From Octopus sinensis (taxonomy: Eukaryota): a stretch of DNA of 64,000 nucleotides. Under the pieces are notes generated by a model that was not told where the DNA came from, ran no database searches, and was given only the letters and a program-made list of their open reading frames with translations. This document shows positions 51,496 to 64,000 of the stretch, one piece after another. The stretch is from the NCBI RefSeq assembly GCF_006345805.1, contig NC_042998.1:131130001-131194000 (forward strand), given 5' to 3'. Both the position numbers and the translations under genes were made by a program. Every line of letters starts with the position of its first letter. The first letter of the stretch is position 1.

Positions 51496-53518
51496 ATATT
51501 CAACAGTATTAGTAGACGAATGATAAGGTAACGCATTTACGAATTTGCTGTAAGATGTTATTCTGTTTGATTTTTGCACCAATGTCCACTGGAATATATG
51601 TTATGTTTTTTTTTATCAACAAATAGTGGACACTGTCTGGAAAATTAACTCGCTAAAAATATTATCAAGAATATGCAGGCTATTAGAATTATTGTTAATA
51701 AGACAAATAATTATATACACTGTTGCATATGATGTACATTATATATTTATTAAAAAAAACTACAAAGATAAACATTGAAAAGTAAGACCAAGAAAGACTC
51801 CACGTAAACACTCAAGAAAAGAAGTGAACGTAAAACACAATTGTAAATCACAAAATAATATCGAAAGGTTAGAGTCACACGAATCTATCTAAGCTGGTGG
51901 TAAATTCAAATACATTTATCTTTCTAATAACACCTATGTAATTGTTAGAGTCTTTGGCGGGGTTACTTTATTTCAATCATTCGAACTAGGCGCCATTCAG
52001 TATCAACATGAACCACGTCTATCCTAGCAGAAGTGATATGTAATATCATTTTTTTAGCTCGACTAATAAGAAATGAATACATAACTCATTTATTTTATGG
52101 ATCACGCATACACATGACTAAAATGGATTGTTCCCGTTGGGATTTGAACTCCGATATAAATGTACGTAACCAAATATTACAGTTCATTTAGTGCGACGCT
52201 GAAATATACCTTACTATGCCTTAGCCTGCTGCATATTAATAATTGTAATTCCATACATAAAAACGAAACTTCAGATTCATAGCGGTAAACTAGCTGAAAA
52301 GGATACAATGTAGTACTCATGCCTTTCAAAGATGTGTGTTCGAGTGTGTGCATATGTGTTTGTGCGTGCGTATGTGTATCCGTGTGTGTGTGTTCGGCAA
52401 TACGTATGTGTCTTTGTGTGCGTGCGTGTTTATTTCTGTGTGTGACAGTTCGGTGGGGGGAAACAGCACGCATACACATCTTTATTCCGAACATGTTTGT
52501 GGGTTGTTGGTTGGAATAACTTAAACGAATTCTGAATAGTTTGAATAAGCTCGGAATAAACTACCCGTGTACGATAATCTTGAATAGTTCGACATTTTAT
52601 TTCGATATAGGGTGGTCCTATATAGAATGAATGAATGAGCAGCCATGAAAAGTTTTCATCTGTTTTATTTTTTACCGGTTTTTTTTTTCTTTTTTGGATG
52701 CGGGTGCAGGGTGGATGGAGCGGGTTTCAATATAATGCGAAGAGAGTTTTTAATGTATCGACTTCATTCAGATGTCATGGCTGATATATTCACTTGGTAA
52801 TGTTGATAGAGGTGAAAGGTGATTGTTTTGAGTACGTAAGGAGAAGAATAGCTTAATACTTGCATGTTGCCTATATAATTACGCACGCGTTATATTCCAT
52901 GTGTGGTGCTTACATGTCGTGATTGCTTAGTTAACCTTTGCTCACACATAACACACACACACACACACACACACACAACACGTTTACACACATACACATA
53001 CATAAATATATATTTATATATATATGTGAGTGTGTGTGTGTGTGTATAGATGTATTCGTATACATGTTAGTATGCATGCAACTGTGTACATATGCTTGTA
53101 TTGTTACATGTAATGTGTGCATGTAACATAAATATATGTTGGTGTACGTATGTGTACATACATACGTGCGTACGTACAGGCATATATATGAACATGCAGT
53201 GTTAAAGCTAGTCTGGTATAAAAGGTGTTTGTGTTACTATTCAGAAATTTGGACAAAGTGATCTTCAGTCCACTTTACCAAAGGTGCTGAAGCAAGACAC
53301 CAGACGGCGGTGACTCAGCTGGTGTGTGTCGCAAATGCTACTCTATCGCTTGCCTTCAATAGAAATGGTGAAACTTTCATTACCGTGAAACCCTGTTACA
53401 GAATTAGCAACAGGCACTAAATAAATATTTAGCGAATATATTTTATATAATTTCCATATACAAGTTCAACCAGTTAACGTATAAGTGACGAGTATTCCAC
53501 ATACTCAAACATATAAAC

Positions 53519-53570
<52 letters not shown>

Positions 53571-53800
53571 GTGGCGGGTTTCTAAACAGTTTCATTCTAC
53601 CACATTTCACTCACAATATATTATCAAATTTGAGACTACAATACAAGACACTTATTTCCTAAAATCCAGAATCACGTGTTTGTGAAGCAAACTTAATCAC
53701 GCTGTTATGCTTCGCACCTTCTGGAGTAACGGCATGCAAAAAACATACATTCTTCCATATATACATACATACATACATACATACATACATGCATACATAC

Positions 53801-53852
<52 letters not shown>

Positions 53853-53894
53853 TGTGTGTGGTGTGTGTGTGTGTGAAGAGTAAAAAGTTGCCAG

Positions 53895-53970
53895 CAAGTG
53901 GCTACTGGGAGTCGAATCCTCTGCCTCTCAGATACCATCAGAGTGTGCTGTACTATTCAGCTTTGCGGTT
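53895..53970 (-). pseudogene. tRNA-like SINE head or tRNA pseudogene
   Basis: Minus strand agctgaatagtacagcacactctgatggtatctgagaggcagaggattcgactccc, with A-box-like and B-box-like motifs. Confidence 0.45.
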
Positions 53971-54134
53971 CATGTAGCAGTCTTTCGTCTTTTGAGGGCT
54001 TTTACTCAGTTTTCTAGATTGTTTACTCAGCTATCCCATTTATTTTCTGTAAAGAACAAAGCTTGTTTATAAAAAATGTTCCCACATTCCAAAAATCTAT
54101 TATTTAGCCTTAAGATAGACGGCAAGTGTTGTCA

Positions 54135-54200
54135 GGGGCCGCTAGGCTAAATGGTACAGGGCACTCATCCGGTATATGAGAGGTACAGGGTTCGAAATTT
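54135..54200 (+). pseudogene. tRNA-like SINE head or tRNA pseudogene (no 3' acceptor strand)
   Basis: A-box-like taggctaaatgg, anticodon arm ctcat-ccggtat-atgag, B-box ggttcgaa. Confidence 0.5.
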
Positions 54201-54215
54201 ACTTTATTTTCTGTA

Positions 54216-54259
<44 letters not shown>

Positions 54260-54329
54260 GTGCGTGTGTATGTGCGTGTGCGTGCAAGTACGTAACTTTC
54301 TATTGAACCTATTGCAAATCAGCATCTGC

Positions 54330-55290
54330 AGGAAATGTATGAGCAGGCAGAAGATTTCAGAGGGGCGAAGTTTTGAGGAGAAAGGATTCAGCATAATATT
54401 TGTACGTTGCCGGGTAGAGGCGTGAATGCAACAAAGGTGACGGAAGCGAACAAACGAGTAAGTTATGGATGCCTAAGTTATGCAGGTACGAATCGAACCT
54501 GGTCTGGATTGCAGGGACAATTAATGATTGAAATATCTGTGAAAAGGGAAACGTCTTATGAGAGCGATTGATATGTCAGTGACCTAGACCTAGCCTATGA
54601 CTAGAGGCTACAGCGTGTCCAATAAAGACTGGATTCCAATCACTCACAAAGTACTTCTCCATGTGGTGTGTAAGCTTCGTGTGTTAATGCAGGATTTGGG
54701 AAAATTTAGGAAAATTCAGGAGAAATGAAGATTCGTATCATCTGCATAACAGTGTTATTAGATATGATGGCATGAAGATCACTGATGCATAGAAAACTAT
54801 AGGACACCAGATTTGATCGAGAGTCAACACATGCCGCGAAGGTAAGATCTAATAAGAAGTCACCGATCTAAGAGATGTAAGGTGTAGGAAACTGTAGATG
54901 ATGTCTTGAGCGGAGATATGGAACCGGACAGGGTTAAACGTTTTGCTGATGTCTAGGGTAACAACAAGGATTATACCGAATTCCTCTAAATGGAGGGCCC
55001 ATTGAAAGGTAACATAATAATGTAGGTCTCTGGTGGATCTGACTCTGCAAAATCTGTAGTGATGGTCACGGATGTGAGAGAGAGAATGGGAGAGAGAGAG
55101 TGAGAGAGAGCGAAAGAAATTCATAATGATGGAGAACAGCATTATTAATGGTTGTCTCCATTATCGTGAAGATATTAAAAGCCAGAGCAACAGGGCGAGA
55201 GTTCTTCCGGTCAGAAGTTGCCTTCCTTTGAAATGAAATATCCAGTGAAGCATGCTTCCAAATGTCAAGGTATATCTCTCAAGAGAATAC
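54330..55290 (-). mobile_element. CR1/L2-group LINE reverse transcriptase remnant
   Basis: WKHA...SDRKNSRPVAL..IMETTIN, RSTRDLHYYVT..VVTLDISKTFNPV and HCYADDTNLHFS (YADD motif). The downstream boundary is approximate. Confidence 0.8.
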
Positions 55291-56228
55291 GAGATTAATG
55301 AGTTTGGCGAGTATAGTAGTAAATTCTAGGTGGCAGTATTTTAAGCGCACGCACGAACACACTCACACACACACACAAACATACACGCACGAACACACAC
55401 ACAGGCACACACACACCACACAAACTCATACATACCACAAACAACCAACCACAGACACAAGCACACACACACATACACATGAACACAAACACACACACAC
55501 ACAGAGTCACACATATATATTGTGTTAAAGATACTGAAAAATTAAACCGCGTGTTTTTTTTTTTTTAATTTGCCTATGAAATTTTTTGTTTGTAAGTGGC
55601 ATGTACGCCCCTTTGTATAGTCTCTTCTTAAATTTCATTCACAATGTATTGTTCAAACCAAGATTATGACAGAAATCATTTGCCTGTTGCCAGGAACACG
55701 TTGGTAAAGGAAGCTTCTTCATCCTGTTAATATGCTTCACAACAATACCTCTTGGGATTACAACAGGAGATGTGTCCCCATCTAGTTCACGAATCAACAA
55801 GTAGTGGCAGACACCTCTTGTTGATCCTTTAAAGTAATCAATCTCATTTTTATGTGTATGGGGGTGGTGGAGGGAAATGATTTGCTGCAACTCTCTCTCT
55901 CTCTCTCTCCTAACTTATTACTCTTTCTTTTCCACATAATTTTGTTCTCTACTTTTTAATTACAATTACTTTCATGATCTATCTTTATTCACTAAACAGT
56001 AAAATTCACTAAATAGTAAGCTTTCAAACACTCGAGATTTAATACATCAACGTGGAGAAATCCAGAGTTGTTGGATTAGTAAATGACGTTAGATTTGTCA
56101 GGGTTGATGCAAAACCGAAGGTTGTGGATTATATTTTATGGCATAATCTATGATTACATCAATAAAATTGTAACGAAACTGCTGTCGTAAATTTTAAACG
56201 CCATTTGTATTTTTTCTCTCTCTTTTAC

Positions 56229-56259
<31 letters not shown>

Positions 56260-56724
56260 ATCTGTGTATCTGTGTGCGTGTGCGTGTGCGTATATATATA
56301 TAATGATCCTATTGCATGTTACTAGAAAATACATTTATCTTATGTTAATTGCATACGACTAAGCGCATCGACCCACCGAAAACTTGGTATTATGTTTCGT
56401 AATCCATTACATTACGTTAGCAGGGTCTAATGCACGAATTATCTCTTATCGTGAGACCAGCATTTCTTTGATGAGACAAACCATTCTTATGTAATCTCAT
56501 TTAGATGATAGTGTAAAATGCCATGTGGCAGAGTATGCAATATATGTTTTGTTTGTACATTACAGAAGTCTCTCGTGCTGATCCGTCAACAAAGAGCATA
56601 GACAAAAGTACACGTACTCCTGTAGTAAAATATTACGTAGAGAATTGCAATCCCTTTTTTCATAGGGAGTAAACAATTCTTGAGTATTGGAAGCTTGATA
56701 AATGGTGTAAATGAGTATAAATAA

Positions 56725-57045
56725 AGGCGCAGGCTTTGATGTCGAATTAAGAAGTTTTGTCTCATTGTGCAGCACCAAGTTTCTTCTACGACAAGCTCGG
56801 ACCAACCAATGCTTTGTGAATGAATTTGTTAGACAGATGTTGTCCAAAAACCTGTCGTAAATGTGTGTGTGTATGTATCTGTGCATGTATGCTTTTCCTT
56901 GTTTGCATACCACCTCTTAACAGCAGGTGCGTGGTTCGCTGACATCTCCGTAACCTAACAGTTCGCCATAAAGAATGAGTTAGTTACTAACGGGACCTAA
57001 AATAAGCATAGCCGCTTTCCAATGATTGAGACTAGTAAAAGTATA
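56725..57045 (+). mobile_element. Old, diverged SINE family B copy
   Basis: gcagcaccaagtttcttctacga..gaccaaccaatgctttgtgaatgaatttgttagacaga..cctgtcgta, then a decayed tail. Confidence 0.55.
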
Positions 57046-58129
57046 TATGAATAAAATGATTTAAAAGAAATATAATTGAGACCTTATAGACCTACATTCG
57101 TTTAAAGTACTGTAATCGCCGAAGTATAAATTACTGAATTTACTCTTTTGTGTAAATATTATTTAGAATTTAGCCGAATCGTTAGTGCGGTACACAGACG
57201 CAGTGAACAATTAATTTTGTTTCTTGCGTATTTGATTCATATCCCATCGTCTTTTCTATTTATCTTCCCGAGTTGATAAACTAATTATCAATCAATTACA
57301 TGAGAACAATACAATGGAATTTGCTACCCCTTCCTGAAATCGTGTGACATTGTCCTTACTATGGAGAGCAGTATTTATGTAAATGCTTACGTATTAATAT
57401 TCTTTTCTATTTTGCAATGAGAACGCTATATAAGTGTATTATCAAATAAAGTACCATATTTGCAGACAAAATCGCTCCAAAAGCAGTTTTCTCGTTTATT
57501 TTATGTTTGCTTTTAAAGCGAGTGTAATATGTTAACAAACGGAAAAAGTTCTGCGAGAAGTATTAGCAAAAGCGATTATAAAATAGATAATAAACAAATA
57601 TATAAATCAATTTAATTACATGCATTCCGTTGGGTAAGAAAACGTACATATTTGCAGACCAGATATTTTATCTTCAGATATCCAGAATAATTTTCAAAAG
57701 ATAAAAACTGTATCGAAGGTAAAAAAGAAAAAAAATTCTTAATTTATTTTGCTTCAGAAAAATGCACAACAAAAAAAAATTCGTTTACTCTGTTAATAAT
57801 AGGCCGCCTTCCCTCACTTACAGCAGAAGTCTTGCGTTATTATGTGTTTATTTAGCTATTAACAAGCGGAAGGTTTAAGATTAATGATTGGGATGTGGTT
57901 AACCACAAGAACATAACCTCTGTCTTACGTCCTACGCTATCACATACTGCCAACTTGCTGTGTACTTTAAGAGGATTAAACTGAGCTATGGTGCTATTGT
58001 TGATCGTCTGCTGATGGTAATAGATGTGTATAGTAATGGTGCAGATAATATAAAAACGGTTACACAAGCAGTGTGAGCGTGTGTGTGCGCGCGTGCATTT
58101 GTAAATGTCTGTGAGAGTGTTTGTACAGA

Positions 58130-58590
<461 letters not shown>

Positions 58591-59390
58591 ATTGACACAG
58601 AAGCACAAAGAGAGAGAGATGGGGAGACCGTTAATATATTTTCTCGTTTCCCCTATTTCCGCTGCTATAATGTGTAATGTGCTTTCTCTCTAGCAATTTC
58701 TTTTCCTTCAGCCTAACCCCTAACCTATCCCCTCCACTCACTAACCATTAGCGGGCAACCCAACCCGAGAGTCTCCCCTACCTCTAATCTAGGAAACCAC
58801 CCCGACCCCCTCAACTACCGCAAGAACCATACAATAAATAATTCAAGATGTCAGCAAAAGAGTTATAAAGTTTTCCTCTAATTGGATATGATTAAAACTG
58901 GTTTCTAATGTTGGTACATGTGTGCTGAATGTATGTGTATGTGTGTATATGACAGTGTGAATGTATGTATGTACGTATGCATGCGTAAGTATACCTGTCT
59001 ACGTTGTGCGTTTGTATGCGTTGTGCCTGTTGTATCTATGTGAATATGTTGCATGTGGTAAATGCGGGTTTTTGTACGTGTTCGTGTGTGAATGTGTGGT
59101 ACATGAAATTGTCTGATGTGTTTGTATATGTGTTACTTTAGGGGTGTTTGTGTTCGGGTAAGACTGATAGTTTTGTGCATTTGTGTGCGATTGCGTGTGC
59201 GTTTGTATGTACATATGTATATGTGTATATGTGTGTATGCGTGCGCGCGCACGTGAATGACCAAGTTGTAGCACTATACGTATGTGTTTTTATGCGAGTA
59301 TGGGCGTGTACGTGTGTTTGTAAAAGTGTGGTTGTGTATATGTCTGCATGGCTATTTCTATTCATGGTCGATCATGTTTGTGTCTACATA

Positions 59391-60602
59391 CTGCGTGCTC
59401 AAAAAACGTATACTCACTTTAACAGCTGATAACTGACTCCAGTTTAATTTCTTTTCAGATTTTACCTATTAAAAATAACGAAGGGAGCCTGGCATCTTTG
59501 AACAAAGGAAATTTTTTTCAAAGTGCTACTGAAATTTTGAAGATGTAGTTGAAGCGCAAAAATTGTTTACGATGCAGTTTCAAATAGACTGACCTACACC
59601 ACTTACCATCAGTCGAATTAGAGATAAGTTTGAAGAAGATGTATATGTTCATAACGTCTACAATGAGGAGGATATTGTTAAGCCCGGCAAAGCAAGAAAA
59701 GATCTAGTAATGGATTGCCGAGGTTCAAAAAAATCTCCAAGCAAGTCGTGAGGAATTCCAAATTTCAGTGTCTATCGCATTTTCAATGACTGTCATTAGA
59801 AATGTTGCATTCCAAGAAAACCCCATGCTCTCAACGAGGATGATCCTGACCGAAGATGGGGTTTTGCGTGTTCTTCATCCCAAGATGTTTAGAAGGTGCA
59901 TGCTTTATAATAAAGATTATTTGGAGTGATAAGGCTACATCTGAATTAACTGGTATAGTTAATCGCCATGGTTGCGCGTGCTGGAGACCTGAGAATCACC
60001 ATATTAGGAAGGAACCGAGTGTTAATTTCCTATTTTGGTGCCGATTTTCATCAAAAGGACTAACTGGAACAATCATACGGTCACAGGTATCATTCACTTG
60101 AACTTCCTACGAAAATGTCATCCTAAGCATTCAAGATGACTTTGAAGATGTAGAGTTTTATTTCTACCAAGATGGCGCATTCATGTACTACCATAACAGT
60201 GTAGGGCTGACCTTCATGAGATTTAGGTTAACAAGGGGATTGGGTGAAGAGTTTCAGTAGAATATATTGCGCGTTCATCGACCGCAGACCACTAAATTGT
60301 TATGGAGATATTTAAACGATAAATTTGCGATGCTAAATCGGCAACAGTCGATGCATTGTGAACAAACATTGAATGAGAATGCACAGGAGAAGTGACCAAC
60401 ATATTTCTTGACGCTCTTGATTCATTTTTCACGTTATCAGCAGCGCGTAGCGTTCCGTCATCACTTTGGAAAAAGACATTCAGGAAAAATTAAATTCTCT
60501 ATGTAGATTGTTTTAAATTTTGAAAATGAAAATTATTTTTATAATCCCTGACTTTCAAATCATTCAATATGTGTATACATATATTATGGACAACCGATGT
60601 AT
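59391..60602 (+). mobile_element. Decayed Tc1/mariner element resembling rosa (DD41D) transposases
   Basis: LNEDDPDRR, IIWSDKATSELTGIVNRHGCACWRPENHH, FWCRFSSKGLTG and FYFYQDGA; degenerate ends containing gtatac next to TA. The third catalytic residue is not readable, so the spacing cannot be confirmed. Confidence 0.7.
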
Positions 60603-60652
60603 GTTGATGTGCTAGTTTTTGTGTTTAGTTCCGAACGTGGGTAATAATGTGC

Positions 60653-60709
<57 letters not shown>

Positions 60710-63700
60710 GTATTAGTGTTTGAACGATTATGTATGCGTATAAGCATATATGTATACATGCGTATATAATGGGGGTATTTTCATATACGTTAGCAAGTAC
60801 TCATACGTTCATGTGGGCACACAACCATCTGCGTATATGTGCATATATTTTGTCTTTATTCGATATACGTTTATGTATGTATATAGCGTGACATTTTAGA
60901 AAATTGATTATTTTTCTTTATATTTGGCTTCAAGTTCACTTACACCTTGTAGCTGAAATTGAATAGACAGATATTTGAACGATCAGAGATGTGTTTTCTT
61001 ACCTATGAATTTCAAAGGATTGGCAGTGTGGATCACAAACTGCCCACTGCAAATATATACTCTACATGATGTATAGAATGCCCTTAAGTTTATACATAAA
61101 CTTGTGTGTATGTGTGTACGAACACATGACTTCGTGTCTTACTTTTCTTTTGTGGGCGTGTTTGATATTTGTTGTAAATTATTATAAATCACTACACGCT
61201 GACATCGCTGGATGTGAAAACCGCAATTTTCAATGAATATTTGAAGTTTCAGAGAGCAAAAGACATGTCAAATAAGTGACACATCACATTTTGAATGAAT
61301 GACCGGTGCATTATTTTTGACGCACACCTATACCATAATTTTAGACGATGGTTTTTTTTTTTAAGGTTAAACATCTAAGAGTTATTTGAAACATTATGGA
61401 ATGTAACTCCGTTCATAATAGACTACATGATGATAGTGAATTCATCCTTAAGTCTTTTATTCGTGTAGTGTAGTTGGTTCGTGATATTTTCCTCATGAGC
61501 TGTATTTCCGCATTGCGGTGATTGTCTATAGATGATCCTCTATTTTAGTTTTGTCTGCTCTCAAATTACTTTTCTCTTAGATTAATGAAAGAAAAAATAC
61601 AGAATTGCTTTTCTTTTTCTAGTGATCTGGCACATAATATAATCAATCATGTCCTTGTGGTCGTGATAAGACAAGAAAAAAGAAGATAGCAATCTAATTC
61701 AATTACTACACAACCATATGACTCACTAAGCCTATTATCTAGGAATTTCTCCATGTCAGGCGAGACGTTGGATCTGCGTTCGCAATGTTTCCTCCGAAGT
61801 GCAGGCACAGGCAATTCTTTTTTATGAAAGAGCAACAATCGTCATGCAAGCAAGACTCGCGTCGCCACCAAAGAGGCAAAGAACACAAACAGATATTGTA
61901 ATTCATTCCGACCGACTTTCTAACAATTTAAGTCAATCCAAAACCTTGGGGTTTTGAAGTCTGTAAGATTCGAAAGAGTAAACTAAAAAGGCAAACTGAG
62001 CCTACCGTGATTTAAATTCAAATTGCAGAGCGGGAGAGGGAAGTGGTACATATACCCAAGATATACTGATTGATGCTCCAACAAATCTACGGAGCCTACT
62101 ACAGTAATTTTATTCCAGATAACATCTTTTGTAATGCACATAAATCTAGAGTACCCATATAAAAATCAATTCTCTGACTCTTCTTTAACTGATCGTCGTT
62201 ATTACAACATGCTAACATAAATAATGAACAAAGCAAAAATGCTTTAACCAGCTTAAGAACTGCAACAGACTTAATTATAAAATACGATACTAATTACTTG
62301 TAATAATTAACGTAAAATCATCTATGGATATCAAACACATTATGTCAAAGTCTCATAGAGTCATAACAACGCTCAAATTAAAGAAATGAACGCACGCAAC
62401 ACAAAATAAAATTGAAGGAATAGCAGGGGCCACGTCACATCAAATGTCACAGTTTCCTTCCTAGTGGCTTACACAAATAGAACTTTAACATGAAAACACT
62501 TCCAAATAATCTGTCAGCAAATTCGGATTTCAAATCCGGCCACCACTTTCTTTTCTTCTGCCATTCTCTAGACATAGACGGTGAAGTACCTCAAACTATG
62601 CGTGAAATGTATAAAATCTATCACACACACACACGCTCACACACACACATACACATAGAGACTTAGACAAAGAGAAGGGGGAAATATACTAGGAATTGTC
62701 AATAGCATCTCATCAGTCCAAATAGACAGAAATCAGGAAAATGACGAACAATACATTAAAACCATAAAACCAGTAGACAAGGAATACGTGACATACTTCA
62801 TAGAATGAACGAAACTTTTATGTTCATAATCTGACCACATATACGCTCACATTCATCCAGCAGTTATACCAACTACTAGAGTTAACAGCCAAATCGCCAT
62901 ACCAAAAGAGGAGAGCAATAAAGTGAACAGATCTCTAGCTGCCTAATCAGGACTCACTAAATACATCAATGTACACACTATTCTCTGTTCAGTGTATGTA
63001 AATGGTACGTTCTTGAGGAAGGCAGAAGTATGACATATTGTGAGACATGGAGACGTGTGTCTAGACTATAGGTAATCAACATATTTCCAGATTTCAAAGA
63101 TCATGGAGATATCACCAATCTCACCAATATATAAAAACTTATATATATATATATATATATATATATAGCGAGAGAGAGAGACTTATGGTGTATATTCTCT
63201 TATGTACGCAGTAGAGTATAGTATAAAACACGTACACCTTCAGATTTACCCTGTGCTATCCAGTAGTACTATTATACGTGCTTCCAGGTTTGCGTTTGGG
63301 CATCTGTCATGTGTGATTAGGTTATTGAAAACATTTTAATCAACAAGAAGAGGTACAGTTGGGCATTTTATTTTTTCATCACTACCATTGTTTCCATGCA
63401 ACGTAGTTCTCCAGGGGTACATCTACTTGATTATGGAACTGTTTCGCTGCATTATGAAATATGGTAATGTTTCCTCAGGTGATGTGTCGATTTTTTTCTG
63501 TAAGTTTAAAATCCTCGGATTGAAGAACATCCTATTCGTCTGTCGTGGCCTGAATTTAGTAGTAGTCTCTGAGCTTATCAGGGTATGGTGTTGAATGGTC
63601 GTTGGTGAGTTACGTTGCGTAGAAACAATTGTAGTGATTAAAATATAAATGTCCAACCGTACCCTTTCTTGTTGACTTCAATTTTTCCGGTCCACTTGTA

Positions 63701-64000
63701 ACAAGCAGTGAGTTTACTACTAACAATATAGGATGAAGTCTCTTTCTCTACAGAAAAGGATTCCATCAAAAAGCGTGGCAGTATATTAAAAAAACCTTTA
63801 CGGTTGAAGTATAAACATCTTATAATTAAGGGCTAAAGAAGGTTATTCTAAAGCCAATACACTGATTTATCCACTTATAATCCACTTGTTACAGGAAAAC
63901 TGAACTGAAAGCGGGCAACTAACCTTTAGAAAATTTAATTTTTTTATTTTTATATATAAATGATGTACTTAAATGTAGTTGTGTTTTTAGCTTCTGCTTT

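Noticed and set aside
58708-58730. cctaacccctaacc as interstitial telomere repeat
   Set aside because: Only about two imperfect units.
61735-61950. GC-richer open frame with QAILFYER, like a USP C-terminal box
   Set aside because: The upstream WxxxND motif and spacing do not fit, splice sites are unconvincing and there is no supporting exon nearby.
62100-63720. Possible decayed LINE coding sequence (endonuclease-like RGF*TYRKK)
   Set aside because: Too degraded to assign a family or strand with confidence by eye.

Overview
AT-rich, microsatellite-dense eukaryotic non-coding DNA (intronic or intergenic). The repeat style and the tRNA-derived SINE families point to an octopus (Octopus sp.); this is an inference from my recall of such repeats, not a database result. 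I found no host protein-coding exon I can support. Nearly all listed ORFs are translations of (TA)n/(TG)n/(TAA)n/(CAT)n tracts or pieces of decayed transposons. Recognisable content: at least four Penelope-like element (PLE) remnants of both Penelope/Poseidon and Neptune type, plus a fifth heavily decayed one; solo pseudo-LTRs carrying minimal hammerhead-ribozyme-like motifs; a DD36E Tc1 with an internal duplication; three mariner derivatives, one of them a palindrome with two 5' ends; two Tigger/pogo fragments; a rosa/DD41D-like element; Helitron pieces; RTE and CR1/L2-like LINE fragments; many SINE copies; and several fold-back hairpins. The most interesting signals are the hammerhead-like motifs, the fold-back structures and a retroposon that appears to sit specifically in (AAT)n tracts.
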